Below, one piece after another: positions 28,858-36,351 of a stretch of DNA of 64,000 bases. Both the position numbers and the translations under genes were made by a program. Source of the DNA: a virus; the IMG/VR virus record IMGVR_UViG_3300027704_000022, positions 2,791-66,790 of that record; one strand, written 5' to 3'. Numbering within the stretch: the stretch's first letter is position 1; each line of letters opens with the position of its first letter. A model generated the notes under the pieces. The model was not told the DNA's origin, ran no database searches, and saw nothing but the letters and a program-made list of their open reading frames with translations.

Positions 28858-29868
28858 ATGAACACGAAGAAAACAAAGACAGAGTTCTATAAGGACTCCC
28901 ACAAAGCAGTGCCAGAGTATAACCTCATGGCGAAACCTCTATCCAAGGCTCCACAGGTCCAAAAGGTAGGGATCTATAATATAATGCAGATAAACAAGGA
29001 AAACATCGGAATCGATGATGGCTTCCAAAGGGCATTAAACAGAAAACAAATCAAAAATATCTCAGACAATTGGGATAATGATGATTGTGATTTGCCTAAC
29101 GTTTATCTGCACGAATATAAAGGTAAATACTATCCTCAAATCACTGATGGTCAGCATAGAATTTGCGCCTCTCCTCATAAGGTCATTGATTGCAGAGTAG
29201 TTAATACACTAGCATCAATCACAAGGTGCTTGCGAGCTAATGACCCAAGGACGAAAAGTCAATGGGAAGTAAACGCTAGATTCTGGGGTAAGGCTGAAGC
29301 GATTACTAGGCTTAAAGAAGATGATCCTGAGAACATTCATGGGGCAATCAAACTTTTTAAAGAGCTTGGTTATAATCCATTGAACCCGACAAAGCAGAAA
29401 GCTCTTGATCTTGGATCTAGTGTCGCAGCACTACACGGCCAAACCTTAGCTGCTATTAACACTATGTTAAAAAACAGATTGTTGGAATCGAAAGAGAAAG
29501 TCGCCATTACTAAAAAAGTCATGGAAGACACTATCAAGATAATTGATTATGTTTTCCGAGATGAGATCGAAGGTGAAAAGAAGTTCGGAATGCAAATGTG
29601 GTCTGGATTACCTCAATTCCTGTTAGACTCTATAGAAGATAGAGGTTTAGGGGGATCGTATGATATCGATACAGTTAAAGACGCTATCAAAAATGGTGTT
29701 TGGGGTATAGGTGGTAGTCACCCAAGAAAAGACAAGCTAAAAAAGTGGATTGAATTTGAATCCGCCACTGTTGCTTATCAAGCTAGTAATATGGTAGGAA
29801 TCTCTAAAAGGAAAGCTAACTGCTGGCAGAGACTTTTCTTTGATATGCACAAACTCCATAGCAAGTAA
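28858..29868 (+). CDS. ParB/Srx-fold DGQHR-domain protein
   Basis: FQRAL..I..NWD..PNV..ITDGQHRI N-terminal domain; helical C-terminus. Confidence 0.75.
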   Translation: MNTKKTKTEFYKDSHKAVPEYNLMAKPLSKAPQVQKVGIYNIMQINKENIGIDDGFQRALNRKQIKNISDNWDNDDCDLPNVYLHEYKGKYYPQITDGQHRICASPHKVIDCRVVNTLASITRCLRANDPRTKSQWEVNARFWGKAEAITRLKEDDPENIHGAIKLFKELGYNPLNPTKQKALDLGSSVAALHGQTLAAINTMLKNRLLESKEKVAITKKVMEDTIKIIDYVFRDEIEGEKKFGMQMWSGLPQFLLDSIEDRGLGGSYDIDTVKDAIKNGVWGIGGSHPRKDKLKKWIEFESATVAYQASNMVGISKRKANCWQRLFFDMHKLHSK

Positions 29869-29881
29869 AGTATTAAACTCA

Positions 29882-29915
29882 GCCCGTCCCCGAAAGGGGG
29901 CGGGTTTTTCTTTTT
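29882..29915 (+). terminator. Intrinsic terminator
   Basis: CCCGTCCCC-GAAA-GGGGGCGGG plus T-run. Confidence 0.85.
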
Positions 29916-29928
29916 AATAAAACCTTCC

Positions 29929-30003
29929 TAACTCGTTGATTAGCAGCGACTTAGGGCGGTCGCCCCCGCGCCTCGCCGTAACTCGTTGAGTAGTAGTGAC
30001 TTA
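29929..30003. repeat. 75-bp twin-palindrome element, copy 4
   Basis: Palindromes at 29929-29953 and 29979-30003. Confidence 0.95.
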
Positions 30004-30138
30004 CAGCGTTTTTCTGAATGATCGGTCAAATGACCGATTATCACAGTCACTCTCTATTTGCTCTAAAATATACTGACCTACAAAAAAACAATTAAAAAAG
30101 TATTGCCCAAAGGAGATTTATTGTTTATATTCCCCCTG

Positions 30139-30573
30139 ATGAAACACATTGAGACCAACGAAGAGATAGAGCAAATGATGAATGAGAAGAATATGTCTTG
30201 CGGCGAGGTAATAACACTTGCTGACTTTGCTTATGATATCTCCCAATTTGAACAAGACAATGATATATTCCCTTTGGAGGATCGCGTATTACTACGTGCA
30301 TGGCATTCAGCTGCAGACTCGTTCGTGGATTCAATGACAGAGAATGCTCGCGACATGCCCCTGAGTGATTTTTACATCAGAGAAGGCGAGACAGCACTAG
30401 AAGCACAAGAGGCTCAGATAGCGTATTTTGAGGCGATGCGCCCAAGAACGAAACGCATCAATCATATCGCCAATATCTCAACTGCCAATAATTACGGTGT
30501 GTGGCTTAGTGATGGCAGCAACTCCCTTCTCGCAAAGCGGAAGGCGGAGCCGCCGAAATTGCCGAGAGCCTAG
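30139..30573 (+). CDS. Acidic early hypothetical protein
   Basis: ATG at 30139 lies 7 nt after a TTGCCC-17-TATATT promoter. Confidence 0.65.
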   Translation: MKHIETNEEIEQMMNEKNMSCGEVITLADFAYDISQFEQDNDIFPLEDRVLLRAWHSAADSFVDSMTENARDMPLSDFYIREGETALEAQEAQIAYFEAMRPRTKRINHIANISTANNYGVWLSDGSNSLLAKRKAEPPKLPRA

Positions 30574-30622
30574 AAATAGCTCATGCCGCCTCGACTCACT
30601 CCTGAAACTTAAAAAGACCTCC

Positions 30623-30697
30623 TAACTCATTGATTGACAGTGAGTTAGGGCGGTCGCCCCCGCGCCCCGCCGTAACTCGTTGAGTATCAGTGACTTA
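30623..30697. repeat. 75-bp twin-palindrome element, copy 5
   Basis: Palindromes at 30623-30647 and 30673-30697. Confidence 0.95.
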
Positions 30698-30914
30698 CAG
30701 CGTTTTTCTCTCTACTCTATAAATCGGGGCAAGTAAAGCTTTTTCTTTCTATTTGGCGCGAAATGACCTGACCTGCGCTATTTGGCTCAAAATGTCCTGA
30801 CCTACAAAAAAAAGATTAAAAAACATTAAAAAAGCCCTTGTCCACAAATCATTTTCTGCTATAATCTCCCCAGTTGAGAGACAAACTCTCACAAACAAAA
30901 AAACCATTACTACT

Positions 30915-31679
30915 ATGCTTATCTACGCAAAAAACAAAGTCAATTCGGAACAACTCGCTGGCGTTCAAACTCCAGAAGGAACTAGATCCCACACCCCTAT
31001 CCCTCATCACAACTTAGTGAAGATGACTCGCGAAGCTCTTAACATCGCAGGTCTTGAAGTGACTGAAGAGGAACATGCTCTTGCCCGTGGTGGTTTGCGC
31101 TACTTCGGAGGATTCGCCCTTAAAGGGAAAGACGTTACTGGAACTGATCGTCAGATCGTGTTAGGTCTTCGGAATGCTCATGACAAGTCTTTCGCCGCTT
31201 CAATTGCGGTAGGAAACAAAATGATGGTTTGTGATAACCTTTGTTTCTCTTCTGACATCAAGCTCGCTCGCCGTCACACGACTCACATTCTAGGCGACTT
31301 GCCTCGCGTTTTATCTTCTGCGGTCGCTCGCGTGACTTCCCACTGGCAAGATATGAGCAAGCGCATTTCAGCTTATCAAGAAACAGCTGTCGAAGATGCC
31401 GCTTCAATGATTGTTCAACTTGTAGATTCTAAGGCTTTCCCCGCCCGTGACATTTACAAAGCTGTTGAAGAATTCCGCAATCCTCGCCACGAAGAGTTTA
31501 AAGGGGGTTCTCTTTGGAGTCTTTATAATTCCGTCACTGAAAACCTGAAAGGTAGCGACTTGACAAAGCTTGCTGATCGCACGATGCGTATGCAATCCGT
31601 CTTCGATAAGTTCGCGAATCACTCTCCAGAGATCATCACTCAGGAGGATAAAGAATCCGCTTTAGTCTTACCCGCCTGA
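30915..31679 (+). CDS. DUF932/DUF945-family protein
   Basis: HTPIPH, LGLRNAHDKS, VCDNLCF, RRHT and SLWSLYNSVTE motifs. Confidence 0.75.
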   Translation: MLIYAKNKVNSEQLAGVQTPEGTRSHTPIPHHNLVKMTREALNIAGLEVTEEEHALARGGLRYFGGFALKGKDVTGTDRQIVLGLRNAHDKSFAASIAVGNKMMVCDNLCFSSDIKLARRHTTHILGDLPRVLSSAVARVTSHWQDMSKRISAYQETAVEDAASMIVQLVDSKAFPARDIYKAVEEFRNPRHEEFKGGSLWSLYNSVTENLKGSDLTKLADRTMRMQSVFDKFANHSPEIITQEDKESALVLPA

Positions 31680-31696
31680 TTGTCAAGAAAATAAAC

Positions 31697-31735
31697 AGCC
31701 TCGCTTTCCTTAATCGGAAGCGAGGCTTTTGTTTG
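31697..31735 (+). terminator. Intrinsic terminator
   Basis: AGCCTCGCTT..AAGCGAGGCT plus T-rich tail. Confidence 0.8.
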
Positions 31736-31758
31736 CCTAGGTTACAATAAAAACTCTC

Positions 31759-31833
31759 TAAGTCGTTGAGTATCAGGGAGTTAGCGCGGTCGCCCCGCCC
31801 GATCCGCCTAACTCGTTGTCGCTCAGTGAGTTA
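31759..31833. repeat. 75-bp twin-palindrome element, copy 6
   Basis: Palindromes at 31759-31783 and 31809-31833; spacer identical to that of copy 1. Confidence 0.95.
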
Positions 31834-31944
31834 CGCAGCTTTTTTCCTTAGTGTTTAATCTGCGGAAGTCAAGCACTAAAAAATAATTAAAAACAATTAA
31901 AATAGGCTTGAGCCTAGGCCAAAACCTGCCAGAATACTTTTGTT

Positions 31945-32298
31945 ATGGGATTAGATCAAAACGCTTATGCGATAGAAAAAAAAGGCTTAAAGGAACACTT
32001 TGTGGATCTTGCTTATTGGAGAAAACACAATGCTCTTCAAGGATGGATGGAAAACCTTTTTCGCCTTCGCGGTGGTAAAGGAACGTTCAACTGTCAAGAT
32101 ATTCATCTCTCTGCCGTAGATATCGACCTTTTGGAATCTGTCGTTAAATCTGACAGCTTGCCACAGACAGAAGGTTTCTTCTTTGGCGAAGACTCAAGCC
32201 TAGATAAACATAAAAAAGAAATCACTTTGCAATTCATAAAAGATGCGAGAATCCATCTTGAACTTGGAAAAGAAATTTGCTATTCTTCAAATTGGTAA
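31945..32298 (+). CDS. Conserved phage hypothetical protein (MGLD..YWRK family)
   Basis: MGLDQ, YWRKHNALQGW and GFFFG motifs. Confidence 0.7.
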   Translation: MGLDQNAYAIEKKGLKEHFVDLAYWRKHNALQGWMENLFRLRGGKGTFNCQDIHLSAVDIDLLESVVKSDSLPQTEGFFFGEDSSLDKHKKEITLQFIKDARIHLELGKEICYSSNW

Positions 32299-32310
32299 CA
32301 CAAAAAAAAG

Positions 32311-33012
32311 ATGAAATTACTAAATCAAGGCAATGCCAAAACACTCAAGGGTGAAAAGGTTGGATTCCGAACTTTCGGTCTCCATCTCTCCCCTGCTAAC
32401 AAATCAGGATTCAACGTCTGCCAATGGTCAAGTGCGGGATGCCGTGCCGCTTGCTTGGATACTGCGGGACGCGGTTGCATGTCTAACGTGCAAAGTTCTA
32501 GAATCGCAAAGACTCAAAGGTTCTTTAAGGATAACTTCGGTTTTATGTCTGATCTTAGAATTGAAATCGGCAAAGCAATCATCAGCGCAGGAAAGAAAAA
32601 CCTCACTCCCTGCTTTCGTCTTAACCTCACCTCGGATATTCCTTGGGAGAATGTCCGCAAGGCTAGCAAAACAAATATGATTGAAGAGTTCCCCAATGTA
32701 AATTTTTATGATTACACAAAGGGTTTCTATAGAATGAGGGCTTGGCTTGATGGCAAAATGCCTGACAACTATCATCTCACCTTCTCTCGTAGCGAAGAGA
32801 CTAGCGACAACAGAGTAAAAAAGATTCTTTCGTTAGGTGGGAACGTCGCGGTTGTTTTCCGTGGTTCACTCCCCAAAACTTACCTTGGATATCCCGTTGT
32901 AAATGGAGATGAGAACGATCTACGCTTTAAAGATCCTAAAGGCGTAGTCGTTGGATTGATTGAAAAAGGTCTTGCGAAGAAAGACGAAACGGGCTTTGTA
33001 GTTGAACCTTAA
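32311..33012 (+). CDS. GP88-like protein (Cys cluster, radical-SAM-related fold)
   Basis: VCQWSSAGCRAACL, RLNLTSD, FYDYTK and GDENDLRF motifs. Confidence 0.7.
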   Translation: MKLLNQGNAKTLKGEKVGFRTFGLHLSPANKSGFNVCQWSSAGCRAACLDTAGRGCMSNVQSSRIAKTQRFFKDNFGFMSDLRIEIGKAIISAGKKNLTPCFRLNLTSDIPWENVRKASKTNMIEEFPNVNFYDYTKGFYRMRAWLDGKMPDNYHLTFSRSEETSDNRVKKILSLGGNVAVVFRGSLPKTYLGYPVVNGDENDLRFKDPKGVVVGLIEKGLAKKDETGFVVEP

Positions 33013-33079
33013 GACATGACAGAATTTTTTATAACTTTGATCGCTTGTTTAATACTCATCCTAGATAGAGATAGATAAT

Positions 33080-33355
33080 ATGAAAAGAACAAATTCGGTT
33101 AGACAGGCCAAAATAGAACACGACTCATTGCTCGAAAAAGCGATAGAGAGAAAAGAAATAATACAACAATCGTCCGAAGGAAACTTCGGCATGTATGATG
33201 TCATTCCCTCAAATACAGGGCGCATCGTTGGCGATGCTTGCGATAGATTCTTTGAATCTAGAAATATAAAGTATGGTTCCTCTTGGTTCCACGAACAGAA
33301 AGACAGAAAGAAAGAATTACAAAAATTAAAAGATGAACAAAATAAAGACAATTAA
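33080..33355 (+). CDS. Hypothetical protein
   Basis: 91-aa ORF in operon. Confidence 0.55.
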   Translation: MKRTNSVRQAKIEHDSLLEKAIERKEIIQQSSEGNFGMYDVIPSNTGRIVGDACDRFFESRNIKYGSSWFHEQKDRKKELQKLKDEQNKDN

Positions 33356-33548
33356 ACTAACAGGACACTTCGACAAGACCTTTAGTGTTCAAAGGGAGGA
33401 GCCTGAATTTAGCTATAAAGGCTTAGAATATTCCATTGAATGGGATTTTGATAAGAAGAAAACTCGTATTCCTTTATCGTTACACGGTGCAAAGGAGCTG
33501 ACCGAAGTTTTTGAAAAGTTCGGCTTCACGCAAATTCACAGAAAATAA
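33333..33548 (+). CDS. Hypothetical protein
   Basis: 71-aa ORF in operon. Confidence 0.5.
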   Translation: MNKIKTIKLTGHFDKTFSVQREEPEFSYKGLEYSIEWDFDKKKTRIPLSLHGAKELTEVFEKFGFTQIHRK

Positions 33549-33550
33549 TT

Positions 33551-33844
33551 ATGAATAAAGAAATAACATTCCCGATGGTCCATCTAAACGGCACGGGAGA
33601 GACAACGCTGAGAAGAGAATACTATGATTTCTATAAGGCATTATGCAAAGCACAGTCGGCCATGAAGGAACTCACTTTTCATGCGAGAGACTACTATCCT
33701 TTAGGAGAAAACGCTTTCTCCGATGCTATAGACGAAAGAAGAGAAATGATGGATTCTTTAGTTGAATTTCGACAATATATTCGAAGGCATGTCTATGAAC
33801 TAAACAAGGGTAAAGAACGACCTTTACTTGAAGAAGAAGAATGA
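33551..33844 (+). CDS. Hypothetical protein
   Basis: 97 aa with P.VHLNGT and HARDYY motifs. Confidence 0.65.
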   Translation: MNKEITFPMVHLNGTGETTLRREYYDFYKALCKAQSAMKELTFHARDYYPLGENAFSDAIDERREMMDSLVEFRQYIRRHVYELNKGKERPLLEEEE

Positions 33845-33870
33845 AATAACTTGACAACATAAAACCCTCC

Positions 33871-33945
33871 TAACTCGTTGAGTATCAACGGGTTACGGCG
33901 GACGGGCGGGGCGACCCCCGTAACTCACTACTAATCAACGACTTA
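33871..33945. repeat. 75-bp twin-palindrome element, copy 7
   Basis: Palindromes at 33871-33895 and 33921-33945; spacer is close to the reverse complement of the copy 1 spacer. Confidence 0.95.
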
Positions 33946-34029
33946 CAGCGTTTTTTCGGAGGTTACTGTTAAAGTGAAATAAAATCTGCGGTTATGCGTT
34001 ATGCTTATTTATTGGGGTTTGTTTAGATC

Positions 34030-34345
34030 TGGGCTAATCGCTTATTTAGAATGTTTCGGTTGACCTGCGTTTATTTAGGGTTTTTCTCTTGACCTGCGAA
34101 AAACACGAAAAGATTCTGGTGCTTCGGCGTATCGTTTATTTGCGGCTTTTCGCTTGACCTGCAGAAACGCGGCTAATCGCTTATTTACGCTCTTTCGGTT
34201 GACCTGCAGTTATTGGCTGTTATTGGGTGTTATTGGATGGCCTATTAATCGTGCCACGTAATCGCGCCAAAAGGTTTAATCGTGCCACGCAATCGTGCCA
34301 TTGGGGTATTGTGTTTATTTGGGGTCTTTCAGTTGACCTGCGGTT
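34030..34345 (+). repeat. Iteron-like cluster: five TATTT-N13-TGACCTGC plus AATCG(T/C)GCCA x4 and GTTATTGG x3
   Basis: TGACCTGC at 34061, 34090, 34155, 34200 and 34334. Confidence 0.9.
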
Positions 34346-34645
34346 ATTTGCGGCTATTTGCGGCTAATCTCTTCCGATCTCTTCCGATCTCTTTCTTTGG
34401 GCTTTACATCTTGTTTCTTTCGCCATGCGCGATACCATTCACTGAACACTTCGTAGTCTGTCTTTTTGTCTCCCTTGAAATTGAACTCTCTTTGTTTCTC
34501 TTTCATTTTGTTTTATTTGCTTGCTTAGATAAAATACACCGATTAGCGAATTGTGAGTCTTCCCTATATTCAACTCTCATTAGGGAGATCTCTACGCCGC
34601 CGAGCATCTCCCAGCAGCGCCTAATGAAAGCTGAATGTAAAGAAG

Positions 34646-34719
34646 TAGATGCGGCGGGATTCGAACCCGCACTTGAGCGATTTTAAGTCGCTTGCCTCTA
34701 CCAGTTGGGCTACGCATCC
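34646..34719 (-). tRNA. tRNA-Leu(TAA) with short variable loop and no encoded CCA
   Basis: GGATGCG acceptor; AGCGA-CTTAAAA-TCGCT anticodon arm; GCGGG-TTCGAAT-CCCGC T arm. Confidence 0.9.
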
Positions 34720-34988
34720 TTTAACTCATTCCATCAAATAAAGCAAGAATAAAAGGGATATTAAAATGACGACTGATGCTTGAACTTGGTCCATGATGGT
34801 TTTAAAATGTTTTAAATGATTAAAAAAGGTATTTAAATAATTAAAAAGGAGTAGTTGATCTAAAATCCTCAATTTCTTCTGTTTCCTGATACCTACAATG
34901 ATTTCTTTGATATAATCCCCTATGTATATCTATATGGTTATGGTATACAAAGAGTAAGGTAAATAAAGTAATAAGTAATTACAAATAG

Positions 34989-35171
34989 TTACTTAAATAA
35001 ATCGTAAGGCTCATCAGTTGATTCTTCTTCGCTACGTGCATTGTGAATTATACGTTGATTCATCTGACGTAGTTTTTCTTTCACTTCGGGTTCTCTGTCC
35101 CCTAGTAGGCATTCCACCTCAGACAAGGTATCTAAGATATCAAACAATAAGTTGTTATTATGCTGCTTCAT
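34989..35171 (-). CDS. Hypothetical protein
   Basis: Last ORF of a coupled minus-strand operon. Confidence 0.5.
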   Translation of the reverse strand: MKQHNNNLLFDILDTLSEVECLLGDREPEVKEKLRQMNQRIIHNARSEEESTDEPYDLFK

Positions 35172-35485
35172 TAATCTGTATCTGTCCAGTCTTCTATTGA
35201 TCCTTCACCATAGCCAGAGTGTCCACCTAAGTCTTCAAAGACAAATCCGTTCATCTCTGTGAATTCGGTGTTACCTCTCTTGTATGTGGTCTTATCGTGG
35301 GTTAACGTGGAGATGACGGGGTTTGTCCAAGGCCAAGGTGGAGATTCCTCACTATCAAGGTGTGCATCGATAGCTTTAAACTCTTCTGACCCAATTAAAC
35401 CATCAAGACAGCCCAATACCTTTGTGTAAGCATCATCTACAGAATCAGCCTCAACTACCTTAGTAAAAGAAACTTTAATCTTCAT
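35171..35485 (-). CDS. Acidic hypothetical protein
   Basis: 104 aa, translationally coupled. Confidence 0.6.
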   Translation of the reverse strand: MKIKVSFTKVVEADSVDDAYTKVLGCLDGLIGSEEFKAIDAHLDSEESPPWPWTNPVISTLTHDKTTYKRGNTEFTEMNGFVFEDLGGHSGYGEGSIEDWTDTD

Positions 35486-35780
35486 TGATCAGAATCTTTA
35501 TGGCTCCTCTGAACCCCTTTAGTGTGACTACATCACCTGCTTGGGTCTGGTGCTTTAACTTAGTGATAGATATTCTTTTATCTCCCCTAGTCTTAGCCTT
35601 ATAGAATGTAACTTTAGCTTCGGTTCCATCAGGATACTTACCCGAAACCAAATGCTTTGTCCCGCATTCTGCTTCTGAATAATCAAAATCAAACTTCTTG
35701 GCCAATTCACAAACCGATTTGTTTGCATCGATGATACTCTTATTGAGCATCGTTTCTGTTATATTTATTTTTGCTTTCAT
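35475..35780 (-). CDS. Standalone putative DNA-recognition domain like those in restriction-enzyme-associated proteins
   Basis: ITETMLNKSIIDA..FYKAKTRGDKRISI..L....AGD pattern, recalled from MvaI/BcnI-family fusion proteins. Confidence 0.45.
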   Translation of the reverse strand: MKAKINITETMLNKSIIDANKSVCELAKKFDFDYSEAECGTKHLVSGKYPDGTEAKVTFYKAKTRGDKRISITKLKHQTQAGDVVTLKGFRGAIKILINED

Positions 35781-36034
35781 TGAATTTCGTGGGTGAATGT
35801 AATTTCTTTGATCTCTATACCGTCTACAAGCTTACCAATCAAATCATTTGCTTCTGTAAGCTCCTTCATTTCAAAGTATCTGGATACGGCTCCGTCTAAT
35901 GACGCTAGGTCGAAGTCCGCAGGGTCTTCTGGGTTGAAGTGTTTAATATCTTCAGAGAATGTATCGTCCCCAAGCCAACACACGGTCTTAGTATCATCTC
36001 TTTTATCTTTTACTACTAGTATTTTACTCTTCAT
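35777..36034 (-). CDS. Hypothetical protein
   Basis: 85 aa, coupled by ATGA overlaps. Confidence 0.6.
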   Translation of the reverse strand: MKSKILVVKDKRDDTKTVCWLGDDTFSEDIKHFNPEDPADFDLASLDGAVSRYFEMKELTEANDLIGKLVDGIEIKEITFTHEIQ

Positions 36035-36351
36035 TTTCTTTTAATGAACTTTTTATATTCTTCCTTTATGATTGGAACGACCATATGTTCTACTAGCCTA
36101 ACTAATGCTTCTTCTAGATTATCATCATTAAGGACGTTGCATACGCCGCTGACGCTAAGGGCCGCGTGATGAACTTCATGCAGAAGAGTATCTAGCTGCT
36201 CCTCCTTTGTCAAGGACTTTCTAATACAGATAATTCTTGCATCAAAATCCATCACACCGAAGTCTTCGATCTCTTTTAAAATGATTTTAAATTCCATACC
36301 CCCAATCAAAATCTTGGAAGGGAGCTTATATTGTTTTTTATTTTGTGCCAT
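36031..36351 (-). CDS. HExxH metallopeptidase-like protein
   Basis: TLLHEVHHA..EEALV motif. Confidence 0.7.
   Translation of the reverse strand: MAQNKKQYKLPSKILIGGMEFKIILKEIEDFGVMDFDARIICIRKSLTKEEQLDTLLHEVHHAALSVSGVCNVLNDDNLEEALVRLVEHMVVPIIKEEYKKFIKRK

Noticed and set aside
27188-28902. Minus-strand ORFs 27188-27415, 27685-27975, 28022-28219, 28562-28771 and 28702-28902
   Set aside because: They cross repeat elements and promoters or are antisense to real genes.
26305-33945. Mini-CRISPR arrays (repeat-spacer-repeat)
   Set aside because: The spacers are homologous to each other (copies 1 and 6 identical), the repeats are degenerate, and no cas genes are present.
26298-33950. Classical integron attC cassette array
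   Set aside because: TAAC/GTTA ends resemble attC cores, but no IntI is in the window, elements occur in both orientations, and units carry their own promoters, terminators and often several genes.
34282-34686. 134-aa plus-strand ORF
   Set aside because: Spans the repeat cluster and is antisense to the tRNA; a 50-aa minus-strand ORF at 34354-34506 is more plausible.
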